This document shows positions 9,335 through 19,545 of a stretch of 64,000 bases of DNA, in pieces. A program made the position numbers and the translations under genes. Positions within the stretch are counted from its first letter, which is position 1. Each line of letters begins with the position of its first letter. This stretch comes from an uncultured Rhizobium sp. (GTDB taxonomy: Bacteria > Pseudomonadota > Alphaproteobacteria > Rhizobiales > Rhizobiaceae). The stretch spans positions 51,638-115,637 of the forward strand of contig CAMFIE010000011.1 of NCBI GenBank assembly GCA_945952315.1, read 5' to 3'. The notes under the pieces were generated by a model. It made no database searches, was not told where the DNA came from, and saw only the letters and a list, made by a program, of their open reading frames with translations.

Positions 9335-10540
9335 TCACACCCGCTCGAGCGCGACGGAAATCCCCTGCCCGACACCGATGCACATGGTGGAGAGGGAATA
9401 GCGACCGCCGGATAGCTTCAGTTCCAGCGCTGCCGTGCCGGTGATGCGGGCACCGGACATGCCGAGTGGATGCCCAAGCGCAATCGCCCCGCCATTCGCG
9501 TTCACCCGCTGATCGTCATCGGCAATGCCAAGCAGCCGCAAGGTGGCAAGTCCCTGCGCGGCGAAGGCCTCGTTGAGTTCGATCACGTCGAATTGATCGA
9601 TTGTCATGCCAAGCCGGGCCATCAGCTTCTGCGATGCCGGTGCCGGACCGATCCCCATGATGCGCGGCTCGACCCCTGCCGTGGCACCCCCCAGAACGCG
9701 GGCAATCGGGGTGAGCCCGTGCCTGCGGGCGGCCGCTTCCGACGCGATGATCAGCGCTGCAGCCCCATCATTGACGCCGGATGCATTGCCCGCCGTCACC
9801 GTGCCGCCCTCCTTGCGGAAAGGCGTGGGCAGCTTCGCCAGCGCTTCCATCGTCGTCGCCCGCGGATGCTCGTCACGATCCACCACCACCGGATCTCCCT
9901 TGCGGGCCGGGATGGTGACGGCGGTGATTTCCTGCGCCAGACGGCCATTTGCCTGCGCCTGCGAGGCCTTTGCCTGCGAACGCAGCGCAAAGGCATCCTG
10001 ATCCTCACGGCTCACCTTGAACTGTTCGGCAACATTTTCGCCCGTCTCCGGCATGGAATCGACGCCATACTGCTTCTTCATCACCGGGTTGATGAAGCGC
10101 CAGCCGATGGTCGTGTCGTGGATTTCCGCCGCCCTTGAGAAGGCGCTTTCGGCCTTCGGCATCACGAAGGGCGCGCGGCTCATGCTTTCCACACCGCCCG
10201 CGATGATCAGGTCCGCCTCGCCTGCCCGGATGGCGCGGGCCGCCGTGATCACCGCATCCATGCCCGAGCCGCAGAGCCGGTTCATGGTGGTGCCGGGCAC
10301 GCTGTCTGGCAGGCCTGCGAGCAGAAGCGCCATGCGCGCGACATTGCGATTGTCCTCGCCCGCCTGATTGGCACAGCCGAAGATCACCTCGTCGACGGCC
10401 GCAAAATCCAGCCCCGGATGACGCGCGACCAGCGCTTTCAGCGGCACCGCGCCCAGATCATCGGTGCGGACCGCAGACAGGGAACCGCCAAAGCGGCCGA
10501 TGGGCGTGCGGATATAGTCGCAGATAAAGGCTTCGGTCAT
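9335..10540 (-). CDS. pcaF: 3-oxoadipyl-CoA / 3-oxo-5,6-dehydrosuberyl-CoA thiolase (PcaF/PaaJ-type thiolase)
   Basis: MTEAFICDYIRTPIGRFGG...NRLCGSGMDAV...ANQAGEDNRNVARMA closely matches the PcaF/PaaJ N-terminus. ATG at 10540 (revcomp of ggtcat). Stop is 3 bp from the convergent LuxR-gene stop. Confidence 0.75.
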   Translation of the reverse strand: MTEAFICDYIRTPIGRFGGSLSAVRTDDLGAVPLKALVARHPGLDFAAVDEVIFGCANQAGEDNRNVARMALLLAGLPDSVPGTTMNRLCGSGMDAVITAARAIRAGEADLIIAGGVESMSRAPFVMPKAESAFSRAAEIHDTTIGWRFINPVMKKQYGVDSMPETGENVAEQFKVSREDQDAFALRSQAKASQAQANGRLAQEITAVTIPARKGDPVVVDRDEHPRATTMEALAKLPTPFRKEGGTVTAGNASGVNDGAAALIIASEAAARRHGLTPIARVLGGATAGVEPRIMGIGPAPASQKLMARLGMTIDQFDVIELNEAFAAQGLATLRLLGIADDDQRVNANGGAIALGHPLGMSGARITGTAALELKLSGGRYSLSTMCIGVGQGISVALERV

Positions 10541-10650
10541 GATCTGGGCTCCGGCAGGACAGGGTCGTCGGGGTTCGGCAGGCATATGAGCCCGCATTCG
10601 ATATCAACCGGAACAGGGCTTGTATAGCCGGTTCAGGAGGCGCCGGCGGC

Positions 10651-12048
10651 CTAATCCGCAAAGCCGAAGGGCGTGTCGGTGCGCCGGTAATTGTCGGGCA
10701 GAAGCTGGCGTCCGATGGGTGGTTCCGAGCGCGAGCGGCAGTCCGTCCGCTGGCAAAGGCGGCAGGAAATGCCGATGGGCGTGGGCGCGGGCGGGGCCAC
10801 CTGCTGGTTGAAATAGACCATCCGCTCGGCATAATGCGCCTCGCAGACCAGCGCCACGGCCCGGGTGACGGTCGGCAGGCCATAGCCGCCCCCGCCGGAG
10901 GAAACGGTGCGGGCAATCGAGAAGAAGCGCTGGCCATCCGGCAGTTCGAGCAACTGGGTGGAGATGGTCCGCGGGGTGGCAAAGACCTGATGCAGGCTCC
11001 AGAGCGGGCAACCGCCGCCATGCCGCGCGAAAGGGAAATTGCCGCTGTCCAGCCGCTTCGAGACATTGCCCGCCGCATCCACCCTTATGAAGAAGAAAGG
11101 CACCCGCTCCTGCCCCGGCTTCTGCAGCGTTGTGAGCCGATGCGCCGTCTGCTCGAAGCTCGCGCCGAAATGCCGGGCAATCGCCTCGACATCATATTTG
11201 CGGCTGTCCACCACCTTGGTGAAGGCGGTGTATGGCATGATGATCGCGCCCGCGCAATAGGCGGCAATCGCCCGGTGGGCGAGGCGGGCGGCGCTGTCGG
11301 TCTTGAGATTGCCCTCCCCCACCGTTTTCAGGATTTCATCGCCGAATTCGATATAGGCAAGCTGCTGCGCGAGCTGGAAATTCTGCGATGCCGTGTCGAG
11401 ACTGTCATCGAGCAGCACCTCGCGGCGATGCCAGTCGAGGCGGCGAAGAGACCCGGTCATCACCTCGGCCGGAAGCTTGCGCACGGTCAGCCCGTGGCGC
11501 TGCTTGAAATAGATGGGATAGCCGCCTGCCTCGACGATCGTGGCCGCGAGCTTTTCCGCGGCCGCATCCAGCGGCGGGAAACAGTTTCGCCGGGCGGCAA
11601 GAAAACCGCGCACGGCGGCGACCGGATCTGCCGTCTCGCCACCCGTACCGGGGGTGGCCTGCCGCTGGTCGGCGAGCGCGAACTGCGCCTCCTTGTAGGC
11701 GGTGTAAAGCCGGAGCATCGCCTCGGTGAAGCCGGGAAAGCTCGAGAGCACATCGGCCACTTCCAGCGGCGAGACATCGCTTTCGGCAAAAATCGGATCC
11801 CGCATTGCAGCACGCAGCCGCTCGGTCAGTTCCTGTCCGCTGTCCTCCAGCGCTGCCGCAAGATCGATCTTGTAGGCCTTGACGAGACGAAGCAGGACCT
11901 CCGCCGTGACCGGACGCTGGTTGCGCTCGATCAGCGCGATATAGGAGGGCGAAATCGCCAGATCTTCCGCCATCTTGGCCTGCGTGATGCCGAGATCCTT
12001 GCGCAGGCGGCGAAGGCGGGGACCGATATAGTTTCCGAGCTTTTCCAT
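10651..12048 (-). CDS. XRE-family HTH regulator with DUF2083/ImmA-like C-terminal domain (RamB / short-chain-fatty-acyl-CoA-regulator type)
   Basis: N-terminal IGPRLRRLRKDLGITQAKMAEDLAISPSYIALIERNQRP is an XRE HTH. Long C-terminal domain with cysteine cluster (CRLCQRTDC). Divergent from aceA, as for RamB-type glyoxylate-shunt regulators. Confidence 0.7.
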   Translation of the reverse strand: MEKLGNYIGPRLRRLRKDLGITQAKMAEDLAISPSYIALIERNQRPVTAEVLLRLVKAYKIDLAAALEDSGQELTERLRAAMRDPIFAESDVSPLEVADVLSSFPGFTEAMLRLYTAYKEAQFALADQRQATPGTGGETADPVAAVRGFLAARRNCFPPLDAAAEKLAATIVEAGGYPIYFKQRHGLTVRKLPAEVMTGSLRRLDWHRREVLLDDSLDTASQNFQLAQQLAYIEFGDEILKTVGEGNLKTDSAARLAHRAIAAYCAGAIIMPYTAFTKVVDSRKYDVEAIARHFGASFEQTAHRLTTLQKPGQERVPFFFIRVDAAGNVSKRLDSGNFPFARHGGGCPLWSLHQVFATPRTISTQLLELPDGQRFFSIARTVSSGGGGYGLPTVTRAVALVCEAHYAERMVYFNQQVAPPAPTPIGISCRLCQRTDCRSRSEPPIGRQLLPDNYRRTDTPFGFAD

Positions 12049-12175
12049 ACGGACATTACAACATTACAAGGAAAGTTTGTAAAGTTATACAACGTCACAC
12101 CAAGCGCTCTTTTGCACTGCACCAATGCCGGATATCGCTAACCCATACAGAACGCGAACTCATCTGGAGGTCCCC

Positions 12176-13768
12176 ATGTCCTACAAGGCACATATCGACG
12201 AAGCCGCCGCGCTGATCAACGGCAAGGCGAACTGGAACGGCATCTCGCCGGAAGCCGTTGCCCGCATGCGCGTGCAGAACCGTTTCCGCTCCGGCCTCGA
12301 CATCGCGAAATATACCGCAAAGATCATGCGCCAGGACATGGCCGCCTATGACAAGGACCCGGCAAAATACACCCAGTCGCTCGGCTGCTGGCACGGCTTC
12401 ATCGCCCAGCAGAAGATGATCTCCATCAAGAAGCATTTCGGCAATACCGACCGCCGTTACCTTTATCTCTCCGGCTGGATGGTTGCAGCGCTGCGCTCCG
12501 AATTCGGCCCGCTGCCGGACCAGTCCATGCATGAAAAGACCTCGGTTCCGGCGCTTGTCGAAGAGCTTTACACCTTCCTGCGTCAGGCCGATGCCCGTGA
12601 GCTCGGCATGCTGTTCCGCGAAATCGATGCGGCCCGCAAGGCTGGCGATCAGGTCAAGGAACGCGCGCTGGTCGAGAAGGTCGAGAACTACCAGACCCAT
12701 GTCGTTCCGATCATCGCCGATATTGATGCCGGCTTCGGCAATGCGGAAGCAACCTACCTGCTCGCCAAGAAGATGATCGAGGCCGGTGCCTGCGCGCTGC
12801 AGATCGAAAACCAGGTCTCTGACGAAAAGCAGTGCGGCCATCAGGACGGCAAGGTCACCGTGCCGCATGATGACTTTGTCGCGAAGATCCGCGCCTGCCG
12901 CTATGCCTTCCTCGAACTCGGCGTCGATGACGGCATCATCGTTGCCCGCACCGACTCGCTCGGCGCAGGCCTGACCAAGCAGATCGCGTTTTCCGCCAAG
13001 GAAGGCGATATCGGCGACCTCTACAATTCCTACCTCGATTGCGATGACGTGACCGGCCAGCCGGTTGGCAATGGCGATGTGCTGATCACCCGCAACGGCC
13101 GCACGCTGCGTCCGAAGCGCTTGATGTCGAACCTCTACCAGTTCCGCGAAGGCACGGGCGCTGACCGCTGCGTTCTCGACTGCATCAACGCCATCAACAA
13201 TGGCGCCGACCTGCTCTGGATTGAGACCGAAAAGCCGCATATCGAGCAGATCGCCTCGATGATGGACCGCATCAAGGATGTGATCCCGAATGCCAAGCTG
13301 GTCTACAACAATTCGCCGTCCTTCAACTGGACGCTGAATTTCCGCCAGCAGGTGTTCGATGCCTGGCAGGCCGAAGGCAAGGATGTTTCCGCCTATGACC
13401 GCACCAAGCTGATGAGCGTCGATTACGACAGCTCGGAACTCGCGATCGAGGCCGACGAGCGCATCCGCACCTTCCAGCGCGATGCATCGAAGCGCGCCGG
13501 CATCTTCCATCACCTGATCACGCTGCCGACCTATCACACGGCCGCTCTTTCCACCGACAATCTCGCCAAGGAATATTTCGGCGAGCAGGGCATGCTCGGC
13601 TATGTCGCCAATGTCCAGCGTCAGGAAATCCGTCAGGGCATCGCCTGCGTCAAGCACCAGAACATGTCCGGCTCCGATATCGGTGACGATCACAAGGAAT
13701 ACTTTGCCGGTGAAGCCGCCCTCAAGGCGGGCGGCATCCACAACACCATGGGCCAGTTCGCCGCCTGA
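12176..13768 (+). CDS. aceA: Isocitrate lyase (long form)
   Basis: ICL signature K-x-C-G-H (EKQCGHQDGK). RBS GGAGG 7 nt upstream of ATG 12176. 530 aa. Confidence 0.9.
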   Translation: MSYKAHIDEAAALINGKANWNGISPEAVARMRVQNRFRSGLDIAKYTAKIMRQDMAAYDKDPAKYTQSLGCWHGFIAQQKMISIKKHFGNTDRRYLYLSGWMVAALRSEFGPLPDQSMHEKTSVPALVEELYTFLRQADARELGMLFREIDAARKAGDQVKERALVEKVENYQTHVVPIIADIDAGFGNAEATYLLAKKMIEAGACALQIENQVSDEKQCGHQDGKVTVPHDDFVAKIRACRYAFLELGVDDGIIVARTDSLGAGLTKQIAFSAKEGDIGDLYNSYLDCDDVTGQPVGNGDVLITRNGRTLRPKRLMSNLYQFREGTGADRCVLDCINAINNGADLLWIETEKPHIEQIASMMDRIKDVIPNAKLVYNNSPSFNWTLNFRQQVFDAWQAEGKDVSAYDRTKLMSVDYDSSELAIEADERIRTFQRDASKRAGIFHHLITLPTYHTAALSTDNLAKEYFGEQGMLGYVANVQRQEIRQGIACVKHQNMSGSDIGDDHKEYFAGEAALKAGGIHNTMGQFAA

Positions 13769-13797
13769 GCGACGAAACGGACATCAGACAAGACGAA

Positions 13798-13827
13798 GGG
13801 GGCGAGCCATCGCCCCCTTTGCCGTTT
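13798..13827 (+). terminator. Rho-independent terminator of aceA
   Basis: GGGGGCGA-gcca-TCGCCCCC hairpin followed by TTTGCCGTTT, 30 nt after the aceA stop. Confidence 0.6.
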
Positions 13828-13909
13828 GGACAGGACGTCGGTTTTATCGTCATGCTCGGGCTTGTCCCGAGGATGAGGGTCGAGGAGGGGTCAGGGCCAG
13901 GCGGCCAGT

Positions 13910-14731
13910 CTATCTCCGGGTAATCCGGATTTTGAGAAGCGCCACCTCTTCCGCCGTCAGCGCGCGCACGGCGCCCTTTTCCAGCTCTCCCAGCGCAAGG
14001 CCGCCGATCTCGACGCGGATGAGCCGCAGGCATTCGGCCCCGAGCACCTCCAGCATGCGGCGGATCTGCCGGTTCCGGCCTTCTTCCAGCACCACTTCCA
14101 GCCAGGAATTGCGCCCGCCTTCGCGCAGGAGCGTGACCCGCTTCGCCGTCAGCCGCTCGCCCTCGTGGATGACGCCTGCCTCCATGGCGGCGAGAAAGGC
14201 CTGATCGGCAATTCGGTCGATCTGGACATGATAGGTCTTGGCTACATGGGTTTGCGGATCAAGCAGCATCTGAGCAGTGACCGTGTCATTGGTGAAGAGC
14301 AGCAGACCTTCGCTTGCCTTGTCCAGCCTGCCGACCGGGGAGATATGGGCCTGATCGAGCGCGCCGAGACAGTCATAAACCGTCGGGCGGCCTTCCGGAT
14401 CGTGGCGGGTGGTGAGAAGCCCACGCGGCTTGTTCAGCATCAGCCAGACCGGCTTTTCCGCCGCGACCCGCTTTCCGTCGACGGTAATGCGCGCGGTTTC
14501 CACATCCACCCAGGTCTCGAGCGCCGTCATCACCCGGCCATCGACGGAAACGCGGCCCGCGCGGATCAGCGCTTCAGCCTCGGTGCGCGAGCAGAAGCCG
14601 AGCTTGGAGAGTGCACGCGCAAGCGTTGCCCGCTTGCCGCCCGTCTCTGCTGCGGGCTTTTTCGCCGGGTGAGCCGGTCTTGCCTTGCGCGTTGGTTTCA
14701 TCCCGTCGGTCCGTTCCGGTTTTCCTGCCAC
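13910..14731 (-). CDS. rRNA pseudouridine synthase, RsuA/RluB/RluE family (S4 domain plus PseudoU_synth_2)
   Basis: S4-like N-terminal region ([29 protein letters not shown]) and catalytic motif [20 protein letters not shown] at 14731 or ATG at 14701. Confidence 0.75.
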   Translation of the reverse strand: MAGKPERTDGMKPTRKARPAHPAKKPAAETGGKRATLARALSKLGFCSRTEAEALIRAGRVSVDGRVMTALETWVDVETARITVDGKRVAAEKPVWLMLNKPRGLLTTRHDPEGRPTVYDCLGALDQAHISPVGRLDKASEGLLLFTNDTVTAQMLLDPQTHVAKTYHVQIDRIADQAFLAAMEAGVIHEGERLTAKRVTLLREGGRNSWLEVVLEEGRNRQIRRMLEVLGAECLRLIRVEIGGLALGELEKGAVRALTAEEVALLKIRITRR

Positions 14732-14853
14732 GGATTGCCATTGCGCGGGCGGTCCCGTCCACCAAATTCTGCAATCGCCTTTGACCCCGCCCCGCGCGAA
14801 GGGTAGAAGCCGGGCAGAACGAACGAACTGCCACTGCCCGAAAGCGCCCGACC

Positions 14854-15777
14854 ATGACGACTGTCGAGACCCTCACCACCGAACTCGTGACGCTGCGCGA
14901 CTACTGGCGCTATGCAATCTCGCGCTTCAATGCCGCCGATCTTTCCTATGGCCATGGCACCACGACGGCGAGTGACGATGCGGCCTTCCTGCTGCTCGAC
15001 AGTCTCGACCTGCCGATCGATGCGCTCGATCCCTTCCTCGATGCCCGGTTGCTGCCGGAGGAGCGCCGGCTGCTTGCCGAGCGGATCGAGGCCCGGGTGA
15101 CGACCCGCAAGCCCTCTGCTTATCTGACCGGCCGCTCCTATATCCAGGGCGTGCGCTTCCTTGTCGACGAGCGGGTGATCGTGCCGCGCTCGCATATCGG
15201 CGAAATCCTGTTCAATGAATATGTGAACGGTCAGGGCTCCTCGATCCTGCCTGATCCCTTCTCGGTGGAAAGCGTGGCCGAGCTTTGCACCGGCTCCGGC
15301 TGCCTTGCTGTGCTCGCCGCGAAATTCTATCCGCAGGCAAGCGTCGATGCGGTTGATCTCTCCGCTGATGCACTGGAGGTCGCAAAGCTCAACCTCGCCG
15401 AACACGAGGTGGAAGAGCAGGTCAGCCTGTTCGAAGGCGATCTCTTCGAACCGCTTCAAGGCCGCACCTACGATCTCATCATCACCAATCCGCCTTATGT
15501 GCATCATGAGGCGATGGCGGGCTTTCCGCCGGAGCACCGGGCAGAACCGGCCATGGCCCATGACGGCGGCGAGGACGGGCTGGATCTGGTGCGCCAGATC
15601 CTTGATCAGGCGGCAGACCACCTCAATCCCGGCGGTGCTCTCCTCTGCGAGATCGGCTCTGGCCGGGAAATCCTTGAAGAGGACTATCCGCATCTGGACT
15701 TCGTCTGGCTCGAAACCGAGCAGTCGCAGGATGCGGTGTTCTGGATTTCGGCGGAAGCGCTGGGCGTGACCTTCTGA
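14854..15777 (+). CDS. prmB: 50S ribosomal protein L3 glutamine N5-methyltransferase
   Basis: PrmB-type N-terminal domain plus class I SAM fold with NPPY motif (IITNPPYV); 307 aa. Confidence 0.75.
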   Translation: MTTVETLTTELVTLRDYWRYAISRFNAADLSYGHGTTTASDDAAFLLLDSLDLPIDALDPFLDARLLPEERRLLAERIEARVTTRKPSAYLTGRSYIQGVRFLVDERVIVPRSHIGEILFNEYVNGQGSSILPDPFSVESVAELCTGSGCLAVLAAKFYPQASVDAVDLSADALEVAKLNLAEHEVEEQVSLFEGDLFEPLQGRTYDLIITNPPYVHHEAMAGFPPEHRAEPAMAHDGGEDGLDLVRQILDQAADHLNPGGALLCEIGSGREILEEDYPHLDFVWLETEQSQDAVFWISAEALGVTF

Positions 15778-15936
15778 TACCCCTCTACATGGCCATGGTG
15801 CCAGACGGCGAAAACCGGCAAGCCATGTAAGGCCAGAATTGACAGGCTGCGGGCCGATGGGCATGGTTCTTTCCAACCCTGCGGGCCATTGCGCCTGCTC
15901 TTTTGCGGCTTTCAATCACCCCGGCACGAGGACATC

Positions 15937-17316
15937 ATGACCATCAACCTGCAAACCAACGATATGGGCAAAGTCATCGAGGCGGACCGCGCCCATGTCT
16001 GGCACCATCTCAGCCAGCACAAGGTTTACGAGACCGTTGATCCGCGCGTCTATATCGAAGGCCGTGGCATGAGGCTCTGGGATGCCAAGGGCAATGAATA
16101 TCTCGATGCCGTGTCGGGTGGCGTGTGGACCGTGAATGTCGGCTATGGCCGGGAATCGATTGCCAATGCGGTGCGCGACCAGCTGGTGAAGCTCAACTAT
16201 TTCGCAGGCGCCGCAGGCACCGTTCCGGGCGCGCTGTTTGCCGAAAAGCTGATCTCGAAGATGCCGGGCATGAGCCGCGTCTACTATTCCAACTCGGGCT
16301 CGGAAGCCAACGAGAAGGTCTACAAGATGGTGCGCCAGATCGCCCATCGCAACGGCGGCAAGAAGTGGAAGATCCTGTTCCGCGACCGGGACTATCACGG
16401 CACCACCATCGGCACGCTCGCCACCTCCGGCCAGCCGCAGCGCGCGGCCCAGTATGGCCCCTTCCCGGATGGCTTCGTGATGGTTCCGCACTGCCTCGAA
16501 TACCGCAAGCAGTGGGACGTGGAGAACTATGGCGAGCGGGCGGCTGACGCGATCGAGGAAGTGATCCTGCGCGAAGGCCCCGATACCGTCGGCTGCCTCG
16601 TGCTGGAGCCGGTCACCGCTGGCGGCGGCGTGATCGTTCCGCCGAAGGGCTACTGGGAGCGCGTGCAGGAAATCTGCCGCAAGTATGACATCCTGCTTCA
16701 TATCGATGAAGTGGTCTGCGGCATCGGCCGCACCGGCAAGTGGTTCGGCTACCAGCATTTCGGCATCCAGCCGGATTTCGTGACCATGGCCAAGGGTGTC
16801 GCCTCCGGCTATGCGGCGATTTCCTGCACGGTCACCACCGAGCGCGTCTTCAACATGTTCAAGGAAGATCCGACCGATACGATGAGCTATTTCCGCGACA
16901 TTTCCACCTTCGGCGGCTGCACGGCAGGCCCGGTGGCGGCGCTTGAAAACATGCGCATCATCGAGGAGGAAAACCTGCTCGAAAACACCGAGAAGATGGG
17001 CGACTACTGCCTCGGCAAGCTGTCCGAGCTGATGGGCCGTCACAAGGTGGTGGGCGATGTGCGCGGCAAGGGCCTGTTCCTCGGCGTGGAACTGGTCGCA
17101 GACCGCATCACCAAGGAGCCGCTGCCGGAAAAGCTGGTGCAGGCCGTTGTCGGCGAATGCCTCGTCAAGCATGGCGTGATCATCGGCGCGACCAACCGCT
17201 CGCTCGATGGTCTCAACAACACGCTCTGCCTCTCGCCCGCACTGATTGCCACCAAGGACGATATCGACCGCATCGTTTCGGCAATCGATCAGGCCCTGAC
17301 GACGATCTGCGGCTGA
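15937..17316 (+). CDS. Class III (omega) aminotransferase, PLP-dependent
   Basis: Motifs YYSNSGSEANE, HIDEVVCGIGRTGKWFG, TMAKGVASGY (PLP lysine); 459 aa. Confidence 0.8.
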   Translation: MTINLQTNDMGKVIEADRAHVWHHLSQHKVYETVDPRVYIEGRGMRLWDAKGNEYLDAVSGGVWTVNVGYGRESIANAVRDQLVKLNYFAGAAGTVPGALFAEKLISKMPGMSRVYYSNSGSEANEKVYKMVRQIAHRNGGKKWKILFRDRDYHGTTIGTLATSGQPQRAAQYGPFPDGFVMVPHCLEYRKQWDVENYGERAADAIEEVILREGPDTVGCLVLEPVTAGGGVIVPPKGYWERVQEICRKYDILLHIDEVVCGIGRTGKWFGYQHFGIQPDFVTMAKGVASGYAAISCTVTTERVFNMFKEDPTDTMSYFRDISTFGGCTAGPVAALENMRIIEEENLLENTEKMGDYCLGKLSELMGRHKVVGDVRGKGLFLGVELVADRITKEPLPEKLVQAVVGECLVKHGVIIGATNRSLDGLNNTLCLSPALIATKDDIDRIVSAIDQALTTICG

Positions 17317-17342
17317 TCCGCACCGATTTCAGACCGAAGAAC

Positions 17343-17376
17343 AAAGGCCCCGGCATCTGCTTGCCGGGGCCTTTTT
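17343..17376. terminator. Bidirectional rho-independent terminator between the aminotransferase (+) and GH42 (-) genes
   Basis: 13-bp stem AAAGGCCCCGGCA / TGCCGGGGCCTTT with 6-nt loop, flanked by A-run on the left and TTTTT on the right. Confidence 0.65.
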
Positions 17377-17409
17377 GTCTCATGCGGAATGAGGTCTGCA
17401 CGACCCGCC

Positions 17410-19473
17410 TTATGCTGGCCGGCCTTCCTCGATCCAGATGGACAGATCGGCTGGCGCAACCATCCGGCTGCCAACGAGGAATGCGGTTTCGGCCGGTGCC
17501 GGTGCTTCCGCCGCCGCCATGCCGAAATTGAAGGCAAAGCGAAGCCGCCCGCGCCGGGCAATCCGCAGATCACCGAGATCCGGCAACGTCTCCACGCCCG
17601 CCCAGGTGAGGCTGTCCTCCATCAGCTTGAGCAACAGATCACCCTTGGGCAGGGTTGCCACATAGCGCGCCCTCGCATTGCCGATGATGGCGGGGGACCC
17701 ATTGCGATACGCGCCGTCAAACGTGGCAAGCACCGTCTCGGCCGTGCGGATCGTCTCGCGCCAGCCGCCAGCCACATGGCTTTCATTGCCGTAGAGCACG
17801 GTTTCGGTGTGAAAGGGGGGAAGCGATTCCACCCGCGTGACCCGGACATCCAGAAGGGCAGAAAGCGGCCCCGGCGGAAGATCGGCGGGAATGTGCATGT
17901 CTTCGGTCTTGCTGCCGCTGCGCGGTCCGAACAGCGCCTTTGCGGGGGCCGCCTTCAGCCGCTCGATGAAGCCCGGATCGGCGATCACCAGATCCGGTGC
18001 GACCACCAGCTTGTAGCCGTCGAGATCGGAATGCTGGCCGATGAAATCCACGTCGACACCGAGCCGCGACAGGGCGGAATACCAGTCGAGCGCAATGGCG
18101 GACGCATTGTAGCTTTTGCCCTGCGGCAGCGCGCGCGTGGCAAAGCGGGACTGGTAATCCAGCACGAAGGCAACAGGCGCCTTGCCGCGCCTTTCCCCTT
18201 CCGGCAGGCGCCGCCGCTCGTCCGCGACCGTCTTCACCTCGTGAAAGCCCTGATCTTCTTCGCTGTTCGGCAGGAGCAGGCCCGCATGGAACTGCTCCTG
18301 CGCGAAAGGCGCCTGTCGCCAGCGGAAATAGGCGACCATGTCCACGCCATGCGCATAGGCAAGCCAGGTCCAAAACCGCACCATGCCATCCGCAGGCGAT
18401 TGGTTGTGGGATGCCCAGTTGACCGGCCCCGGCTGCTGCTCCATCACCCAGACCCGCCCGCGCCCGACCGCCCGGTAAAGATCGTGGTTGAAAGCGACCT
18501 GATCCGGATCGCCATGACGAAGATAGCGGGCCTTGTCCGCCTCGCAAAGCCGCCCGTTCAGAAGCCCGCCCATCGGATAGACATCCCAGGAAGCGATATC
18601 GATATCTTCGCCCAGCGCATGATGATCGAAATCCGTGTTCTGCGACATGAAATTATGGGTGATCGGGCGTCCCGGCGCATGCGCGCGCAGAATATCGGCC
18701 TGCACTCGGTTGAAGGCACGCACCTGATCGGAAGAGAACCGATAGTAATCCAGCAGATGGGTCGGGCTTGGCTCCTCGACCAGATTGTTCGGCAGCTCCA
18801 CCTCGTCAAAGTGATTGTAATGCATGCTCCAGAAGGCAGTGCCCCAGGCGCGGTTCAGCGCATCGACCGAGGCGTAGCGGTCCTTCAGCCAGAGCCGGAA
18901 AGCAAGGAGTGCTTCCTGCGAATAGGAATGCACCGTATCATGATCGCCATATTCATTGTCGATCTGCCAGGCATGGACATGGCCGTTGCGGCCATAGCGT
19001 TTCGCCATGGCTTCGGTGATGCGGGCGGCTTCCTGAAGGTAGCGGCGGCTGGAGAAGCAGTAGTGGCGGCGCGCACCGAATTTACGCACACGCCCTTCCG
19101 CATCAACGGGAAGGATGTCCGGATAAAGATCGATCAGCCATTTCGGCGGGGCCGCCGTCGGTGTTCCGAGAATGACCTTGAGACCGGCGCGGCCAAGCAC
19201 ATCGATGGCCTCGTCCATCCATTCCCAGGTGAAGACCCCCGGCGCGCGCTCGATATGCGACCAGGCGAACTCGCCGATCCGCACCCATTCGAGGCCGAGT
19301 TCGACCATGCGCCGGGCATCCTCCTGCCAGAGCGCACGCGGCCACTGTTCGGGATAATAGCAGACGCCGAGCGAAAGCCTTCCGCCCTCCTGCCGGGCGG
19401 GGGTGATCGCGGCCATGGGACCGTTCGGCTCGTACATCATCTCATCCTTCATCATCAGGCATTCCGGTTTCAT
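17410..19473 (-). CDS. Beta-galactosidase, glycoside hydrolase family 42
   Basis: GVCYYPEQWP N-terminal motif, QIDNEYG catalytic acid region, three-domain length typical of GH42. True start may be the ATGATG at about 19440-19452 (RBS AAGGATGAG). Confidence 0.8.
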   Translation of the reverse strand: MKPECLMMKDEMMYEPNGPMAAITPARQEGGRLSLGVCYYPEQWPRALWQEDARRMVELGLEWVRIGEFAWSHIERAPGVFTWEWMDEAIDVLGRAGLKVILGTPTAAPPKWLIDLYPDILPVDAEGRVRKFGARRHYCFSSRRYLQEAARITEAMAKRYGRNGHVHAWQIDNEYGDHDTVHSYSQEALLAFRLWLKDRYASVDALNRAWGTAFWSMHYNHFDEVELPNNLVEEPSPTHLLDYYRFSSDQVRAFNRVQADILRAHAPGRPITHNFMSQNTDFDHHALGEDIDIASWDVYPMGGLLNGRLCEADKARYLRHGDPDQVAFNHDLYRAVGRGRVWVMEQQPGPVNWASHNQSPADGMVRFWTWLAYAHGVDMVAYFRWRQAPFAQEQFHAGLLLPNSEEDQGFHEVKTVADERRRLPEGERRGKAPVAFVLDYQSRFATRALPQGKSYNASAIALDWYSALSRLGVDVDFIGQHSDLDGYKLVVAPDLVIADPGFIERLKAAPAKALFGPRSGSKTEDMHIPADLPPGPLSALLDVRVTRVESLPPFHTETVLYGNESHVAGGWRETIRTAETVLATFDGAYRNGSPAIIGNARARYVATLPKGDLLLKLMEDSLTWAGVETLPDLGDLRIARRGRLRFAFNFGMAAAEAPAPAETAFLVGSRMVAPADLSIWIEEGRPA

Positions 19474-19545
19474 GAACCGCCACCCGACCGCCAGCGAGGG
19501 GGCTGAAGCGGGAGGGTGGCGGCTTTCCCGAGGAGGGTCGGGAGC

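Noticed and set aside
10834-13741. Long ORFs 10834..12141 (+) and 12095..13741 (-) antisense to the RamB-like regulator and aceA
   Set aside because: Both are mirror-frame artefacts of high-GC coding DNA; aceA and the regulator have clear family motifs.
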